Shown here: in pieces, positions 24,022 to 34,285 of the stretch | Numbering within the stretch: position 1 is the stretch's first letter | How the letters are laid out: every line of letters begins with the position of its first letter | NCBI GenBank assembly: GCA_902774655.1 | Contig: CACYJD010000001.1 | Location: forward strand, 1 to 45,595 | Direction: 5' to 3' | DNA length: 45,595 nt | Source: an uncultured Erysipelotrichaceae bacterium | Lineage (GTDB): Bacteria > Bacillota_I > Bacilli_A > RFN20 > CAG-826 | Notes under the pieces: generated by a model | Databases searched by the model: none | The model's input: only the letters and a program-made list of their open reading frames with translations | What the model was told of the DNA's origin: nothing | Made by a program: the position numbers and the translations under genes

Positions 24022-26334
24022 TTACTTTAGTAAGTCATCAAATTCTTCACTCGCTGGGGTGAGGTCGATTGGTAATAGAGATATACCTTTGATGTATTGC
24101 CTGCCGTTAACTCTAGCTTTTTTAAATCCTAATTTTTCAAGAATTTGGTAGAAGTCTGTTGTACTTCTTGGGGTTTCGCCACCATTGAAACAATAGTTGC
24201 GGTATTTGGTGTAGAGTTCACCACTAGGACATTTGGCTGTTTTATCAGCTAAGTCACATCTCTCACTAAGGAATAATGAAACAGTGTCACTTTGCTCTTT
24301 ATAGCCATTAATGGCTTCAACCACTTCTTCCGGGGGTTCGACATGGAAACCGTGGTCGATTGCTTTTTTAGCACCTTCGATAAGCCAATAGAGAATATAT
24401 TCGCCAGCATCCTCAACTAGCACCTCGGCATAGTTCTTAATATCTTCTTTGCCAACGAACTTATGTTTGAAAGGAATGACAATAATTCTTCTCCATGTGC
24501 CATCATCGACAGTTGCTACCTTTGGTAAGTTATTTGTGTAAATGACTAAGGTATGACTTGGGGTGAAGTCAAATGGGTCCTTATATTTCTTACATGCGTT
24601 AATTTTGTCAGTAGAACACATGCGTTTAATTGTGGATTCATCCAAGCGGTCACCTGCTTTAGTTTCCGCAGCGATTACAAGTCTTCTACCACGAAGTTCA
24701 GCTAAGTCTGCTTGTTTGTCACGTTTAATAGATGTGGTAAGTACGTCACTAGCGATAGAGCCATAGTAGTCGCCTAGCACACTGCTTATCGAGTTAAAGA
24801 AGGTAGACTTACCGTTACCGCCTTCACCATAGGCAATGATACAAGCTTCGACATAGACTTTACCGAAGAGTGCCATACCACACATTTCTTGAACGTATTC
24901 GATAAGCTTATCGTTATGGCCAAATATGGTATTAACTGACTTAAGCCATTTCTCTTTCCCTTTTAGGGAAGGTGAGACACTGGTCATCTTTGTCATAAGA
25001 TCTTCTGCCCTATGTTCGCGTAGTCCTTTAACACCTTCTCTTAAGTCATAAACACCCGCTGGTGTATTAAGCAAGAACGGATTAGCATCAAGCATCATAG
25101 AATCTATTTCCACCATTGGTCTAACTTCTTTTAAAGTCGCTGCTATGTAGTGAGAGAATCTACGCTTAATGACATACTCTTTAAACTGAAGAGCTTCTAA
25201 ATAGCCGTGATACGCTTTACGTTGGTCTTCAGATAAGGTCTTGTCAATCTCGCTCTTTTTGCATGTGGCAATAAGGGTAAAGGCATCAAGTTCAGTTAAC
25301 TTTTTATAGTTAACGATAATAAGATGCTCTGCTTGGCGTAGTTGACGTTCAGTTAACTCTTGAGCAATCGCTTGAGCACCGGCTTCGCTTTCTACCCATT
25401 TGTTATTGCGGTAGACAATGTTGAGCGTAGCGGCACTATACTTTAAGTCGTTAGAGAAATATTTTTGAAGTAAACGAGCTTGTCCAACATCGCTTTGGTC
25501 AGTTGGGCGGTAGTCGTTATCATCATCATAGTCATCAGGCTTTTTATAGTTTGGGTCCGCTAATATAACTTTGTTATAAAACTTAAGAGCACTATTCCAG
25601 ATAAGCTTAAGTTCAAAATCATCTAAAGGTGGATTACAGTGGCTTGCCTTTTCGTCGAATAAGGTAGTTGCTTCTTCAGTATCACCATAGCGTTTGAGTA
25701 CCTTAACGGCATAGCGATGCATGGTCGCATTTCTTTGGCCCTCGGGAATATCGTCATCACCACTATCGTAATTATCGAAGTCCATCTCATCTAAGAGCTC
25801 GTTAAGAGTCATGTAACCATTAATGACCTCGACTTTAGGGTTTTCAGTACCGAAGAAGAAATGAGCAGCATCCTTAGCTCTTGGGTCGATAATTGGTAAA
25901 TACTTCATTAATCGTTTAGCAAGAGCATCATATTCATCTTTGGATTTGATATCCGCGGCAATGATAATGTGCATCTTTGGACGTTTTTGTTTGATGGTTG
26001 TGACACCGTTTTTATTCTTCTTAGGCTTATCGACCATGTGATTCCTTGAATAATGGATGATGTGTGGTACGCCTTTAATAACGTTTTCGACATCATCTTT
26101 ATCGAACCATTCGCTAGGATTATCGCTATGGTCATTATCGATATCTATCAATAAGCAATTACTTTTAACAAAGTTATCACCCGAGCGAGAGTCTTTAAAA
26201 AGCGGACCAACATAGTCATGGATAAACATAGAAGGATCATATTTCCCCGACTTGGTGTCGATGTTATATTCGTGGGGATATTTTGTATTAGCAGGGTCCT
26301 CTCTTACATCAGACCCATAAAATGTGATAATCAT
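24022..26334 (-). CDS. Primase-polymerase fused to a D5/P4-type (SF3) helicase
   Basis: 770 aa from the ATG at 26334 (RBS AGGAGGAAAACAATG). Walker A is YGEGGNGKST, with the downstream pattern typical of the phage/plasmid primase P4-family C-terminal domain. Confidence 0.8.
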   Translation of the reverse strand: MIITFYGSDVREDPANTKYPHEYNIDTKSGKYDPSMFIHDYVGPLFKDSRSGDNFVKSNCLLIDIDNDHSDNPSEWFDKDDVENVIKGVPHIIHYSRNHMVDKPKKNKNGVTTIKQKRPKMHIIIAADIKSKDEYDALAKRLMKYLPIIDPRAKDAAHFFFGTENPKVEVINGYMTLNELLDEMDFDNYDSGDDDIPEGQRNATMHRYAVKVLKRYGDTEEATTLFDEKASHCNPPLDDFELKLIWNSALKFYNKVILADPNYKKPDDYDDDNDYRPTDQSDVGQARLLQKYFSNDLKYSAATLNIVYRNNKWVESEAGAQAIAQELTERQLRQAEHLIIVNYKKLTELDAFTLIATCKKSEIDKTLSEDQRKAYHGYLEALQFKEYVIKRRFSHYIAATLKEVRPMVEIDSMMLDANPFLLNTPAGVYDLREGVKGLREHRAEDLMTKMTSVSPSLKGKEKWLKSVNTIFGHNDKLIEYVQEMCGMALFGKVYVEACIIAYGEGGNGKSTFFNSISSVLGDYYGSIASDVLTTSIKRDKQADLAELRGRRLVIAAETKAGDRLDESTIKRMCSTDKINACKKYKDPFDFTPSHTLVIYTNNLPKVATVDDGTWRRIIVIPFKHKFVGKEDIKNYAEVLVEDAGEYILYWLIEGAKKAIDHGFHVEPPEEVVEAINGYKEQSDTVSLFLSERCDLADKTAKCPSGELYTKYRNYCFNGGETPRSTTDFYQILEKLGFKKARVNGRQYIKGISLLPIDLTPASEEFDDLLK

Positions 26335-26347
26335 TGTTTTCCTCCTA

Positions 26348-28285
26348 TTAATCTTTTTGGTAGAACTCGCACTCATATCCATCGGCATTAAGGATTAAAC
26401 CAGCGGCCCAATCTGGGTTTCTAGTCATCCTTGCCACTACGTTTGACACCTTAGTGTCCATTGGCACTTCGATGATTACTTCATCGTGGACATGAGCAAC
26501 GATTTTAAATTGACTGAGATTTTTCATAGCGAATATAAGAAGGTCGCGTGCCGTTGCCTGAATGACATTTTCAACAAACTTCGGACCATATGATTCAATG
26601 CGAGAGTATTTCTTCTTTGAATCAATGCCGTAGTATGTGATGCTTCCATCCACTATTTGCGGTTTGACGTATGCTAGCCTTCTACCACTAGGTAAAGTGA
26701 TAAAAAGCATCTTTGACTTATATTCGAATTCTAATTGACCTAATTTGACTATATTGTTTGCGTTATTAAGAGCGGCTTTAATGGCTCTTTCGACATCCCA
26801 CCAGAACTTCACGATGTTAGGGTTAGCTTTTCGCCAAGCGGTAACTAAGCCATCAAGCTCTTCTTCCTTTAAACCATAATCTAGAGCTGACATCGCTATT
26901 AGGGCACCTTTGGCTCCACCATAGCCTAACGCTAACTCAGCAATCTTCCCCTTTGGTCTAAGTTCAGCATTAACACCGTGTTTTTCAACAGGAACACCAA
27001 ACATCTGACTAGCGGATGCACAATAAATGTCTTCATTGTTTTTAAAGGCATCCATACGCCACTCCTCACCTGCATACCAAGCGATTACTCTTGCTTCAAT
27101 AGCAGAGAAGTCACTTACGATGAACTTGTGATTAGGTTCTGGAATAAAAGCGGTTCTTATAAGCTGCGATAACGTATCCGGCACATCAGGATAGAGCATT
27201 TCAAGAGCGTTAATGTTACCTTCCTTAACAAGAGCACGAGCACTCGCTAAATCAGGCAAATGGTTTTGTGGAAGGTTTTGAAGTTGAACTATTTTTGAGC
27301 TAAATCTACCAGTGCGATTCGCCCCATAAAATTGAAACATTCCTCTTACCCTATTATCGCTACACTTCGATTTAAGCATTGCTTCATATTTTTTAATGGA
27401 GGATTTGCTTATCATCTGACGGAGCATTAAGACTTGTTGGACTGTTTCATCGCTAGCATTAGTGAGAAGCTCTTTTACTTCTTTTTTGCCTAATGATGGA
27501 GCGTTGACGTCATTATCAAAGAGCCATTCTTTAAGCTGTGCAACTGAGTTCGGATTTTCTAAATTTGTGAGATCTTGCAGGGTTTTTACATACTTTTCTC
27601 TGCAATTCTCGTTTATTTCAATTGCTTTAGTAATAAGATCTTCATCCACTAATACGCCACGATCGTTTATGAGTTCACACATCCAATACTCTTCCCAGAC
27701 AAACTCTGGTACTGGGTAATTAGATAGTCGTATTTGGATAGATGATTCAGCTTCTACATCACGTTGGTTATAGAACTTAAATAGTTCCCATTTTTCCTTA
27801 TCGTGGTAGTAATAGTTTCTTAACCTATAACCATTTTTCTTAGTAGGCTTACATGGAACACAGAAATACCTGATTAATTCCTTACCTTCATCAAGCTTCT
27901 TTTTATCGATATTTAGCACCGCACCAACTTGTTTAAGTGAGAACGGTAGACCAAGTATCGCTGCCCAAGTCATGGTACATTTCCAACCTTTTGGAAGGAG
28001 GTATTTACCAGTCTTGTTATAAAGGAATCTTGATAAGCAAATACGTTCGAATTGAGCATTAAATGCCCACTTAGTTATAGCGGGATTACTTAAAGCGGCA
28101 ACGATATCATCTGGTATAGTTTCACCACTTGCTAGGTCCACTACTTTAACCGCACCATCATCAACGGAATAACCGAAGAGTAGGATTTCAAAGTCTGGAT
28201 CTTCTACATAGCGATAAACACCAGCTGTTATGGGTGTGCCACTATATGTTTCAATATCGATTGATACCTTATTCACTTTAATCAC
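26348..28285 (-). CDS. Family A DNA polymerase with a 3'-5' exonuclease domain
   Basis: ExoI motif SIDIETYS; motif A DFSAIEARVIAW; motif B KGKIAELALGYGG; motif C HVHDEVIIE. The true start is possibly the GTG at 28276, 8 nt after AGGAGG. Confidence 0.9.
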   Translation of the reverse strand: MIKVNKVSIDIETYSGTPITAGVYRYVEDPDFEILLFGYSVDDGAVKVVDLASGETIPDDIVAALSNPAITKWAFNAQFERICLSRFLYNKTGKYLLPKGWKCTMTWAAILGLPFSLKQVGAVLNIDKKKLDEGKELIRYFCVPCKPTKKNGYRLRNYYYHDKEKWELFKFYNQRDVEAESSIQIRLSNYPVPEFVWEEYWMCELINDRGVLVDEDLITKAIEINENCREKYVKTLQDLTNLENPNSVAQLKEWLFDNDVNAPSLGKKEVKELLTNASDETVQQVLMLRQMISKSSIKKYEAMLKSKCSDNRVRGMFQFYGANRTGRFSSKIVQLQNLPQNHLPDLASARALVKEGNINALEMLYPDVPDTLSQLIRTAFIPEPNHKFIVSDFSAIEARVIAWYAGEEWRMDAFKNNEDIYCASASQMFGVPVEKHGVNAELRPKGKIAELALGYGGAKGALIAMSALDYGLKEEELDGLVTAWRKANPNIVKFWWDVERAIKAALNNANNIVKLGQLEFEYKSKMLFITLPSGRRLAYVKPQIVDGSITYYGIDSKKKYSRIESYGPKFVENVIQATARDLLIFAMKNLSQFKIVAHVHDEVIIEVPMDTKVSNVVARMTRNPDWAAGLILNADGYECEFYQKD

Positions 28286-28347
28286 CTCCTAAAGGAAGGG
28301 GAGAGCAGTTATTCGCCACTCTCCCGAGAAAGGAGTAACTAATGAGA

Positions 28348-28905
28348 TTAGTCAAGGAAACCGTCATCGTCAGCGAAGTCTGCTTCGGCTGTGGATTTAG
28401 AACCTAATGGTTCACCATCACGAATCTTTTGAAGATTATTTAAGCCACAAGCGATACCTTTATTGCCGTTGTTATTAAAGGCATAGAAGGTAATGGATGC
28501 GCGACCATAGATGCCGCTATAGAGTTCGCTAGTTTCGATAATTGGATTAAGTGCCGCATCAACCACTTCTGGTTTGCTAGTACTGTTTGCATTTACAAAG
28601 TAAGAGTCTTTATATGCAGGATCTTCAGGACGTTCTAAGTCACCGTCACGAAGAGGAGATTTGATACCTGTTAAAGGTGGGAGAACTTTGCCGTTACCAC
28701 GTAATTTGAATTCGCCTTCTTTATAGGCAGCTTCGATAGCGGCTTTAATCTTTTCCACTAATTCGGTATCTGATTTAGGGATAATAAGCGAGACAGAATA
28801 TTTTGGTGTAGCACCCTCTGCGTTAGCTTTTGGTTCATTTGCGTTTAAGTAGCTGAATCTGACTACTGATGTAATAACCTTACATGGGTTGTTATTCTTT
28901 GCCAT
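28348..28905 (-). CDS. DUF2815-like phage ssDNA-binding-type protein
   Basis: 185 aa with N-terminus VRFSYLNANEPKA. It occupies the conserved position between the DUF2800-like nuclease and the polymerase. The C-terminal tail is acidic (DFADDDGFLD). Confidence 0.65.
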   Translation of the reverse strand: MAKNNNPCKVITSVVRFSYLNANEPKANAEGATPKYSVSLIIPKSDTELVEKIKAAIEAAYKEGEFKLRGNGKVLPPLTGIKSPLRDGDLERPEDPAYKDSYFVNANSTSKPEVVDAALNPIIETSELYSGIYGRASITFYAFNNNGNKGIACGLNNLQKIRDGEPLGSKSTAEADFADDDGFLD

Positions 28906-28912
28906 AAGTTTG

Positions 28913-30049
28913 CTATTCCTCCATAAAATCTAATTTGGCTAAGTTAAGTGCTGGTCTTTTATCGCTCTCTTCCACGAGAGTTGGTTTACCAGTTGGTTTG
29001 TAGACATATTTGTCCACGAGTTCGATAAATTTCGCTTTTCCGATACGTTTGGTTAGTTCCGTTATCGATAGTAACTTTGGTTCATCAAATGGATCTAGAC
29101 CATTATCTTGAAGCGTTTTAATGACTTCGTTTTCATCGGTATATTTACGGTTAGAACGACCTTCTACCAATTTGAAGCCGGGATAGTGAACGCCTTTTAA
29201 ACTTTCACTTAGAGCAAATTCTTTGATGTCATTACCCCAAGAAACTAGGTCATCGATTTTGGTTAAGATTTCCGCTATTTCTTCGATGGATAATAAATCC
29301 TTATTTTGCTCTTTGTAGCCTTCGAGCTTAAGCATCTCGTTGGCGCGGTGTTTACATTCATGGCGTGCCTTACAGAATTGGCACCATGAACCACATTTGA
29401 ATTCGCCTTTGCCTTCATAGGCTAAGGCAGTTTTAGGCTTAACTTCTTCATTAGCCCAAGCGACTAATTCGTCTTTAGAACATGACCATTCGGAGATGTT
29501 ATTGACTCTTGGTTGGATGATTACCATGTTGATTTCTTTAATGTCATAAAGGGGTTCAAACATGAGCAAACTTCCATAAGAGTAAATCATCAACTGTGGG
29601 TTACGTTCGCAAGAGACTTCTACGCCTTTTCCGTGCTTATAGTCCAGGACATAGATACCGCCGTCATAAACGATTACTATGTCACTACTACCGAAGCCTT
29701 CAGGCACTACATCTGAGAAGTCAACCAATACTTCACTTGCGATAAATGGGTGCTTGCCTTCCGCTTTTAATCTTTCGCAAATTTCACTTACGTAATTAAC
29801 AGCGACATCAGTGCATTCATTGATTTCTTCTATATCAAATTCGGTTTCTTCAATTTCTTCATCGAAGGGAATTCCGTAGCGTTCTTTTATCTTCTTTTCG
29901 AGGATTAAGTGTGCAAAACTGCCTTCTTTTGCATAAATTGAACCTTCATCTTCATAGTCTTCAGAAAGCCTGACACTAGGTGGACACTCCATAGCTCGCT
30001 TTAGTGAACTTCCACCAATTAACGAGTGGCCGTTAGTCTTTGGTGGCAT
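28913..30049 (-). CDS. DUF2800-like PD-(D/E)xK (Cas4/RecB-type) nuclease
   Basis: 378 aa. Motifs: SSDIVIVYDGGIYVLDYKHGKG and a Cys cluster CGSWCQFCKARHEC. Confidence 0.7.
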   Translation of the reverse strand: MPPKTNGHSLIGGSSLKRAMECPPSVRLSEDYEDEGSIYAKEGSFAHLILEKKIKERYGIPFDEEIEETEFDIEEINECTDVAVNYVSEICERLKAEGKHPFIASEVLVDFSDVVPEGFGSSDIVIVYDGGIYVLDYKHGKGVEVSCERNPQLMIYSYGSLLMFEPLYDIKEINMVIIQPRVNNISEWSCSKDELVAWANEEVKPKTALAYEGKGEFKCGSWCQFCKARHECKHRANEMLKLEGYKEQNKDLLSIEEIAEILTKIDDLVSWGNDIKEFALSESLKGVHYPGFKLVEGRSNRKYTDENEVIKTLQDNGLDPFDEPKLLSITELTKRIGKAKFIELVDKYVYKPTGKPTLVEESDKRPALNLAKLDFMEE

Positions 30050-30320
30050 CTTCGAGTTCCTTCGCTTTCGCTAAGAGTTCAGGATAATCTTTAGGATCAA
30101 CTTCACTTAATTTGTTGACACCTAAGCCAATGAGCATCATTCGGACATTGGTTGTGTAACCTTTTCTAGAGAGTTCGGCAAGAACAGTTCTTACTTCTTC
30201 TAAGGTAGGTTGTTTGACCTCTTTTTCTTTTTTAGGCTTTTTACCTTCTTCAAGCTCATCTGCGAGAGCGTTGATTTCTGTAGCGATTGCCCTTAGTTTT
30301 TGAGCGATCTCTTTTGTCAT
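30033..30320 (-). CDS. Small acidic protein, conserved first gene of this replication module (function unknown)
   Basis: 95 aa with RBS AAGGAGACAAGCCTTATG. It is coiled-coil and K/E-rich. Confidence 0.55.
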   Translation of the reverse strand: MTKEIAQKLRAIATEINALADELEEGKKPKKEKEVKQPTLEEVRTVLAELSRKGYTTNVRMMLIGLGVNKLSEVDPKDYPELLAKAKELEDATKD

Positions 30321-30450
30321 AAGGCTTGTCTCCTTTCTTTAGATTGCTGTTGAGCGATTCAACTTCATCGTTAACTTCTTCAATGACCACTAGGGCAAGT
30401 GAGAGAAGACCAATGATGTTGAATAAGTTGTTTTGAACTTTTTTATTCAT
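30256..30450 (-). CDS. Small hypothetical protein with one TM-like segment (64 aa)
   Basis: Good RBS (GGAAAGGAGAAACAAATG). Its 3' end overlaps the next gene out of frame by 65 nt, so the true extent is uncertain. Confidence 0.4.
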   Translation of the reverse strand: MNKKVQNNLFNIIGLLSLALVVIEEVNDEVESLNSNLKKGDKPYDKRDRSKTKGNRYRNQRSRR

Positions 30451-30560
30451 TTGTTTCTCCTTTCCGAGCAGTTCATCACTCTTGGCAATCCTTATGGGAC
30501 CAGCGACTTATGGCTTCGCACTAAAATTGCAAAAAAAATATATTTTTGTTTTTCGAGCAT

Positions 30561-30594
30561 AAAAAAAGACCACTACGTTATTCGCGTAATGGCC
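30561..30594 (-). terminator. Rho-independent terminator after the ABC ATPase gene
   Basis: Minus-strand GGCCAUUACG-cgaauaa-CGUAGUGGUC forms 10 bp (including 2 G-U pairs) and is followed by UUUUUUU. Confidence 0.6.
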
Positions 30595-30614
30595 TATGTG
30601 CATGTGTTTCTTAA

Positions 30615-32291
30615 TTAATTATTCTTTGCTCTGCCCCATTGATCACCGAACAATGCCCCATCTCCAGAATGAAGTTGAATTACTTGTTTTTCTATAGCAA
30701 TATTTGTTATCGTTCCATCTGGATTAACTTCTTTATATCTATCAGGGTTTTCAGCAACAGCAAATATCTGTCTTTCAGTTTTTTGGGCATATAATTTAAA
30801 TAAATCGCGAGCAGTAATATCTTCGATATTAGTAAATAGAATCGAGTCGTGTCCAAAGACTGGTAGTTTTGTATTCTCCATTATTGCCAAATCCAACAAA
30901 CAAACTGCTTTATACCTAGTTCCAGTTCCTGTATCACCTGGAGTGTAGAAAGCATAACTTTTAAGTTCGTTAAATTTGAAAATTGGAGCAGCTACTCTTT
31001 TATCATCTTTTTCTCTAATGTGGGTATTGTTTTCCCTCATTGATGAATTTAGTTTGTTTTCGATTGTTGTCGTATATGTTTCTGTTAATTGCACTAAGGT
31101 TTTTTCTGCTTCTTTATATCCTTTTAATGCACTTTCGCTATCTTCAAAATTTTTGATGGCGGTTCCAAGCCTATCTATTTCCTTTGATAAATATTCGCGT
31201 TCTTTAACATACGATTCGGAAACAGTAGGCACAGTCTTATATTCTTCTAATTGAGTATTAATTTCAGCAATTCTTGCATCAATTAAAGAAATTAAATTCT
31301 CAACTTCTTTATTTGCTTCAATGATATCTTCCAACAAATATCCATAGACATCTTTATGGAATTTTTCATATTTTTTAATTTCAGGAATCTTGACATCTTC
31401 AAAGAACTCTTTTAAAGCACCATACTTCAATTGATACTCTTCTTCAGATAGTAATTCATCATTATCATTAATATCAGTTAATTTCTTTTCTAACGTTTTT
31501 CTTCTTCTTTGGAGTTTTACTTTTTCTTTGTTAAGACGCGTTTTTTCGGTGGCTTCTAATGCCTCTTGGTCATTTGAATTATGGATATTGTCATAGTCTA
31601 ATTGTTCTAATTGCTTACGCAAATCAGCTAATTGAGCCACCATTTTTGCTTTTTCTTCTGCACTTATAGCAATTGGAGCAATATTATGTTTTCTAATGTT
31701 GTCGTATCCCTTTTTTAAATCTTTTTTAGAATCGTAATCTGCCTTTGTAGATTCTATCGGTTTAAACATTCCGAACATCTTTAATAAAACGCTCATTCCA
31801 TCATAGTCAGATTCCCTAATATGAGCGTTAATTGGTCTCCATTCGTTATAGTTTTTCTTATTATAAATTCTAAAATATGGTCCAACCCATTCTCTAAACG
31901 ATAGGTCTTCACCGTTTTTTAGACCATAGAAATTTACAAGGTCTTCCTTAAACTGTTTATTGGTTATTGTGTTTCTTGTCTTATATTCGCTGTCACAAAT
32001 GTCCACTCTTTCTGGGTTTTGTGTGTTTCTTTTATAAAATCTTGATTTGCCATCGAATTCAAATTCAAAGCAAATATCGTGATGGCCCACATGTTCAATA
32101 GTTTCTTTTTCTTTTTGTGGATAATCATCTCCGCCAAAACAAAAATCAATAATCATCAACAAAGTTGATTTACCTATAGAGTTTGTTGCTCCTTTTTCAC
32201 CGAGGATTACATTTAAACCATTATGAAATCTAATTGGTTCTCTAGGAACGCCATGATCAATAAACTTATCGCATTTAATTGTTTTTAACAT
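30615..32291 (-). CDS. Coiled-coil ABC/SMC-like ATPase (DUF2326-like; ATPase of an ABC-three-component-type system)
   Basis: 558 aa from the ATG at 32291. N-terminal Walker A GEKGATNSIGKST; a ~250-aa K/E-rich coiled coil in the middle; a C-terminal Walker B-like LPVFGHDS. Confidence 0.65.
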   Translation of the reverse strand: MLKTIKCDKFIDHGVPREPIRFHNGLNVILGEKGATNSIGKSTLLMIIDFCFGGDDYPQKEKETIEHVGHHDICFEFEFDGKSRFYKRNTQNPERVDICDSEYKTRNTITNKQFKEDLVNFYGLKNGEDLSFREWVGPYFRIYNKKNYNEWRPINAHIRESDYDGMSVLLKMFGMFKPIESTKADYDSKKDLKKGYDNIRKHNIAPIAISAEEKAKMVAQLADLRKQLEQLDYDNIHNSNDQEALEATEKTRLNKEKVKLQRRRKTLEKKLTDINDNDELLSEEEYQLKYGALKEFFEDVKIPEIKKYEKFHKDVYGYLLEDIIEANKEVENLISLIDARIAEINTQLEEYKTVPTVSESYVKEREYLSKEIDRLGTAIKNFEDSESALKGYKEAEKTLVQLTETYTTTIENKLNSSMRENNTHIREKDDKRVAAPIFKFNELKSYAFYTPGDTGTGTRYKAVCLLDLAIMENTKLPVFGHDSILFTNIEDITARDLFKLYAQKTERQIFAVAENPDRYKEVNPDGTITNIAIEKQVIQLHSGDGALFGDQWGRAKNN

Positions 32292-32505
32292 AATGAACAA
32301 CCCCTTCCAATAGCTCAATTTTTCCTAAAACAAATAGACAATCGAGCGTATCTATAAATTCGCCTCGGCTCTCGAAAGACGATTTTGTTTTGTTGTAGAG
32401 TTCTTTAACAGAATAATCACAGTCTTCTAAAGGCTTTAAAATGACAGGAAACTTCGATAAGCAACTGTTTTTGTAACTAATAAATTTACTCGGAAGTTTC
32501 ATCAC
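32275..32505 (-). CDS. 76-aa helical protein, putative middle component of the ABC-3C-type system
   Basis: It overlaps both neighbours (by 20 nt and 17 nt), which indicates translational coupling. No catalytic motif was seen. Confidence 0.5.
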   Translation of the reverse strand: MMKLPSKFISYKNSCLSKFPVILKPLEDCDYSVKELYNKTKSSFESRGEFIDTLDCLFVLGKIELLEGVVHYVKNN

Positions 32506-33718
32506 TCAACACCTCACAATGAACTAAAAAATAACATGTAATTAAATAGCATGTTTCAGGATCCTTCTGTCCGTCAGGCAAACAATCATTTAACTTTGTC
32601 GCGATTTGGTTTATTACTTCATCTTCACTCAAGTGAAGACTGTAAAAATAATGGTCAGACCAATTCTTTATTTTTTCGCCAAATACAGTTGACCCATTTT
32701 GAGTCTTTTCTTCATAAGAAGTAAAGCAACTATCAATATCGTAATAATCATCAGCAATTCTCTTTTTGATTCTGTTTCTAGAATAAGGAATTGTGTTTTT
32801 CATTTTTTCATCTATTCGTTTGGCTTCCGTAGTTAATGGCTTTTTATCTCCATCGAAATGGCCTAATAAATAATCAGCGACCCTTGTTATTCTTTCCTTA
32901 AAGAATGTTTTATCCATTGTTTTGTCGATGGTCGAATATTTAATCGCTTCTCTTTTTGTCTTGTATAAAAGTTTATAGTCTTCAACATTTGGACTACCGT
33001 GATAAAGTCTATAGTGTCTAGCACAAACCGCTATTTTGTTTGATGAGGCTTCTACATCACTTGGCTTATAAATGCCACTAGTTTGAAAAGTAAACTTTGT
33101 TGCTTCATCAATTGGATTAGGATAAATATGCACTATTTCATAGTTTTTAATGTGCCTACCTTTATATTCAGGAGCAAGTATATCTTCACAAAACGGGCAT
33201 CTTCCTTTCATTTCTTCAATAAAGTCATAATCAAGAGCATCTGGTTCATTATCAACATGAAGAGGTCCTTCTATCGCATTACGATAAAAATCACAGAATT
33301 CTTCAGTTACATCAATTTGTGTAAAAAACTTTTCACAAGCAATCGAACATGCGTGGCAAAAAACATCAAAGTCCGCTGCGTATGATTCAGCTATATTTAA
33401 ATCCTGGTATGCAAAAGCAATGGCCCTTTTGTTAATTGCCCTAACAAAGAAACTAAAAAGAGCAATAAAATCTATAGGCTGTGGAATTTGCGATAGCAAA
33501 CGAGGATTGATTAGTTTCGGGTCGCTAGCCCTACCAAGATCGCCATCAAATAGTTTTCTGCAATTGCTGTCTTCTTCGTTTCTATAATCTAAATATTTGG
33601 GATGTTTTAGAGCTTTGAGAAGACTACCAACAAAAACAGCTTTATTTTCATAAGCTGGAGATAATGATTTTTTTATGCCGTGGCAGAACTCACAAAATTT
33701 GATAACAATGTCCTCCAA
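32486..33718 (-). CDS. Putative effector of the ABC-3C-type system with an HNH-like nuclease motif
   Basis: 410 aa. Residues ~174-240 read CPFCEDIL...YEIVHIYPNP...NKIAVCARHYRLYH (CxxC...H...N...H...H). The start is a TTG at 33718 with no clear RBS, so the start is uncertain. Confidence 0.5.
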   Translation of the reverse strand: MEDIVIKFCEFCHGIKKSLSPAYENKAVFVGSLLKALKHPKYLDYRNEEDSNCRKLFDGDLGRASDPKLINPRLLSQIPQPIDFIALFSFFVRAINKRAIAFAYQDLNIAESYAADFDVFCHACSIACEKFFTQIDVTEEFCDFYRNAIEGPLHVDNEPDALDYDFIEEMKGRCPFCEDILAPEYKGRHIKNYEIVHIYPNPIDEATKFTFQTSGIYKPSDVEASSNKIAVCARHYRLYHGSPNVEDYKLLYKTKREAIKYSTIDKTMDKTFFKERITRVADYLLGHFDGDKKPLTTEAKRIDEKMKNTIPYSRNRIKKRIADDYYDIDSCFTSYEEKTQNGSTVFGEKIKNWSDHYFYSLHLSEDEVINQIATKLNDCLPDGQKDPETCYLITCYFLVHCEVLSDETSE

Positions 33719-33909
33719 ATAATAAAGTCCTATGAAAGTCCGATTGGTCTCATTGTCAGAGACCTTTTTTAATTTTCTAACGCTATGAAATGCTATTAAC
33801 TTTAGTTAGGCAAACGACTTTAAATCTAATTATAGCATAAAGATTTGTAGGATTAATGCCTAAATATCCAGCACGCGTGTTGGGAGCATAAGAAAGGAGA
33901 ATTCAAGTT

Positions 33910-34047
33910 ATGGAGTCTCAAAACCCATTTCTAAACAAATATCCACCTTCCTTCGCTTCCGAAGAAGAAGACTGGAATAACTATCGTGATGAAGAACTTC
34001 TTCATGATGCTCAACTTAAAGAGCGTGAAAAGCTAAAGAAGGACTAA
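33910..34047 (+). CDS. Small acidic ORF (45 aa), hypothetical
   Basis: Not in the supplied track (below its cutoff). AAGGAGA RBS lies 8 nt before the ATG. Translation: MESQNPFLNKYPPSFASEEEDWNNYRDEELLHDAQLKEREKLKKD. Confidence 0.35.
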   Translation: MESQNPFLNKYPPSFASEEEDWNNYRDEELLHDAQLKEREKLKKD

Positions 34048-34285
34048 TCACAAACGTCACCTTTTACGCCACTGATTATCTTGGCGTGGAGGGGCAACAA
34101 TTAAGGTGATTGATGAAAGGCATGCCGCTTATGGACATCAACCACCTCTCTACATAGGCAATGACCATCCATAAGGTCGTTCCGATTCAAAACATAGCGA
34201 GGCAACTCACTACTTGAATTCGAACGTTTCTTTAAGCATGGTCGGTTTCATTCATGAGTACCTCGCGGAAAGCATAGGTACTTAA

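Noticed and set aside
30256-30320. 65-nt out-of-frame overlap between the 64-aa and 95-aa ORFs as a second programmed frameshift
   Set aside because: There is no slippery heptamer at the overlap and both ORFs have their own RBS. It is more likely that the small ORF's real end or its reality is uncertain.
34048-34285. Known ncRNA, riboswitch or group II intron fragment in the GC-richer leader of the 34286 gene
   Set aside because: I could find only two 6-bp local stems and no signature of a family I know. It is kept as a low-confidence observation inside a finding rather than called as an RNA gene.
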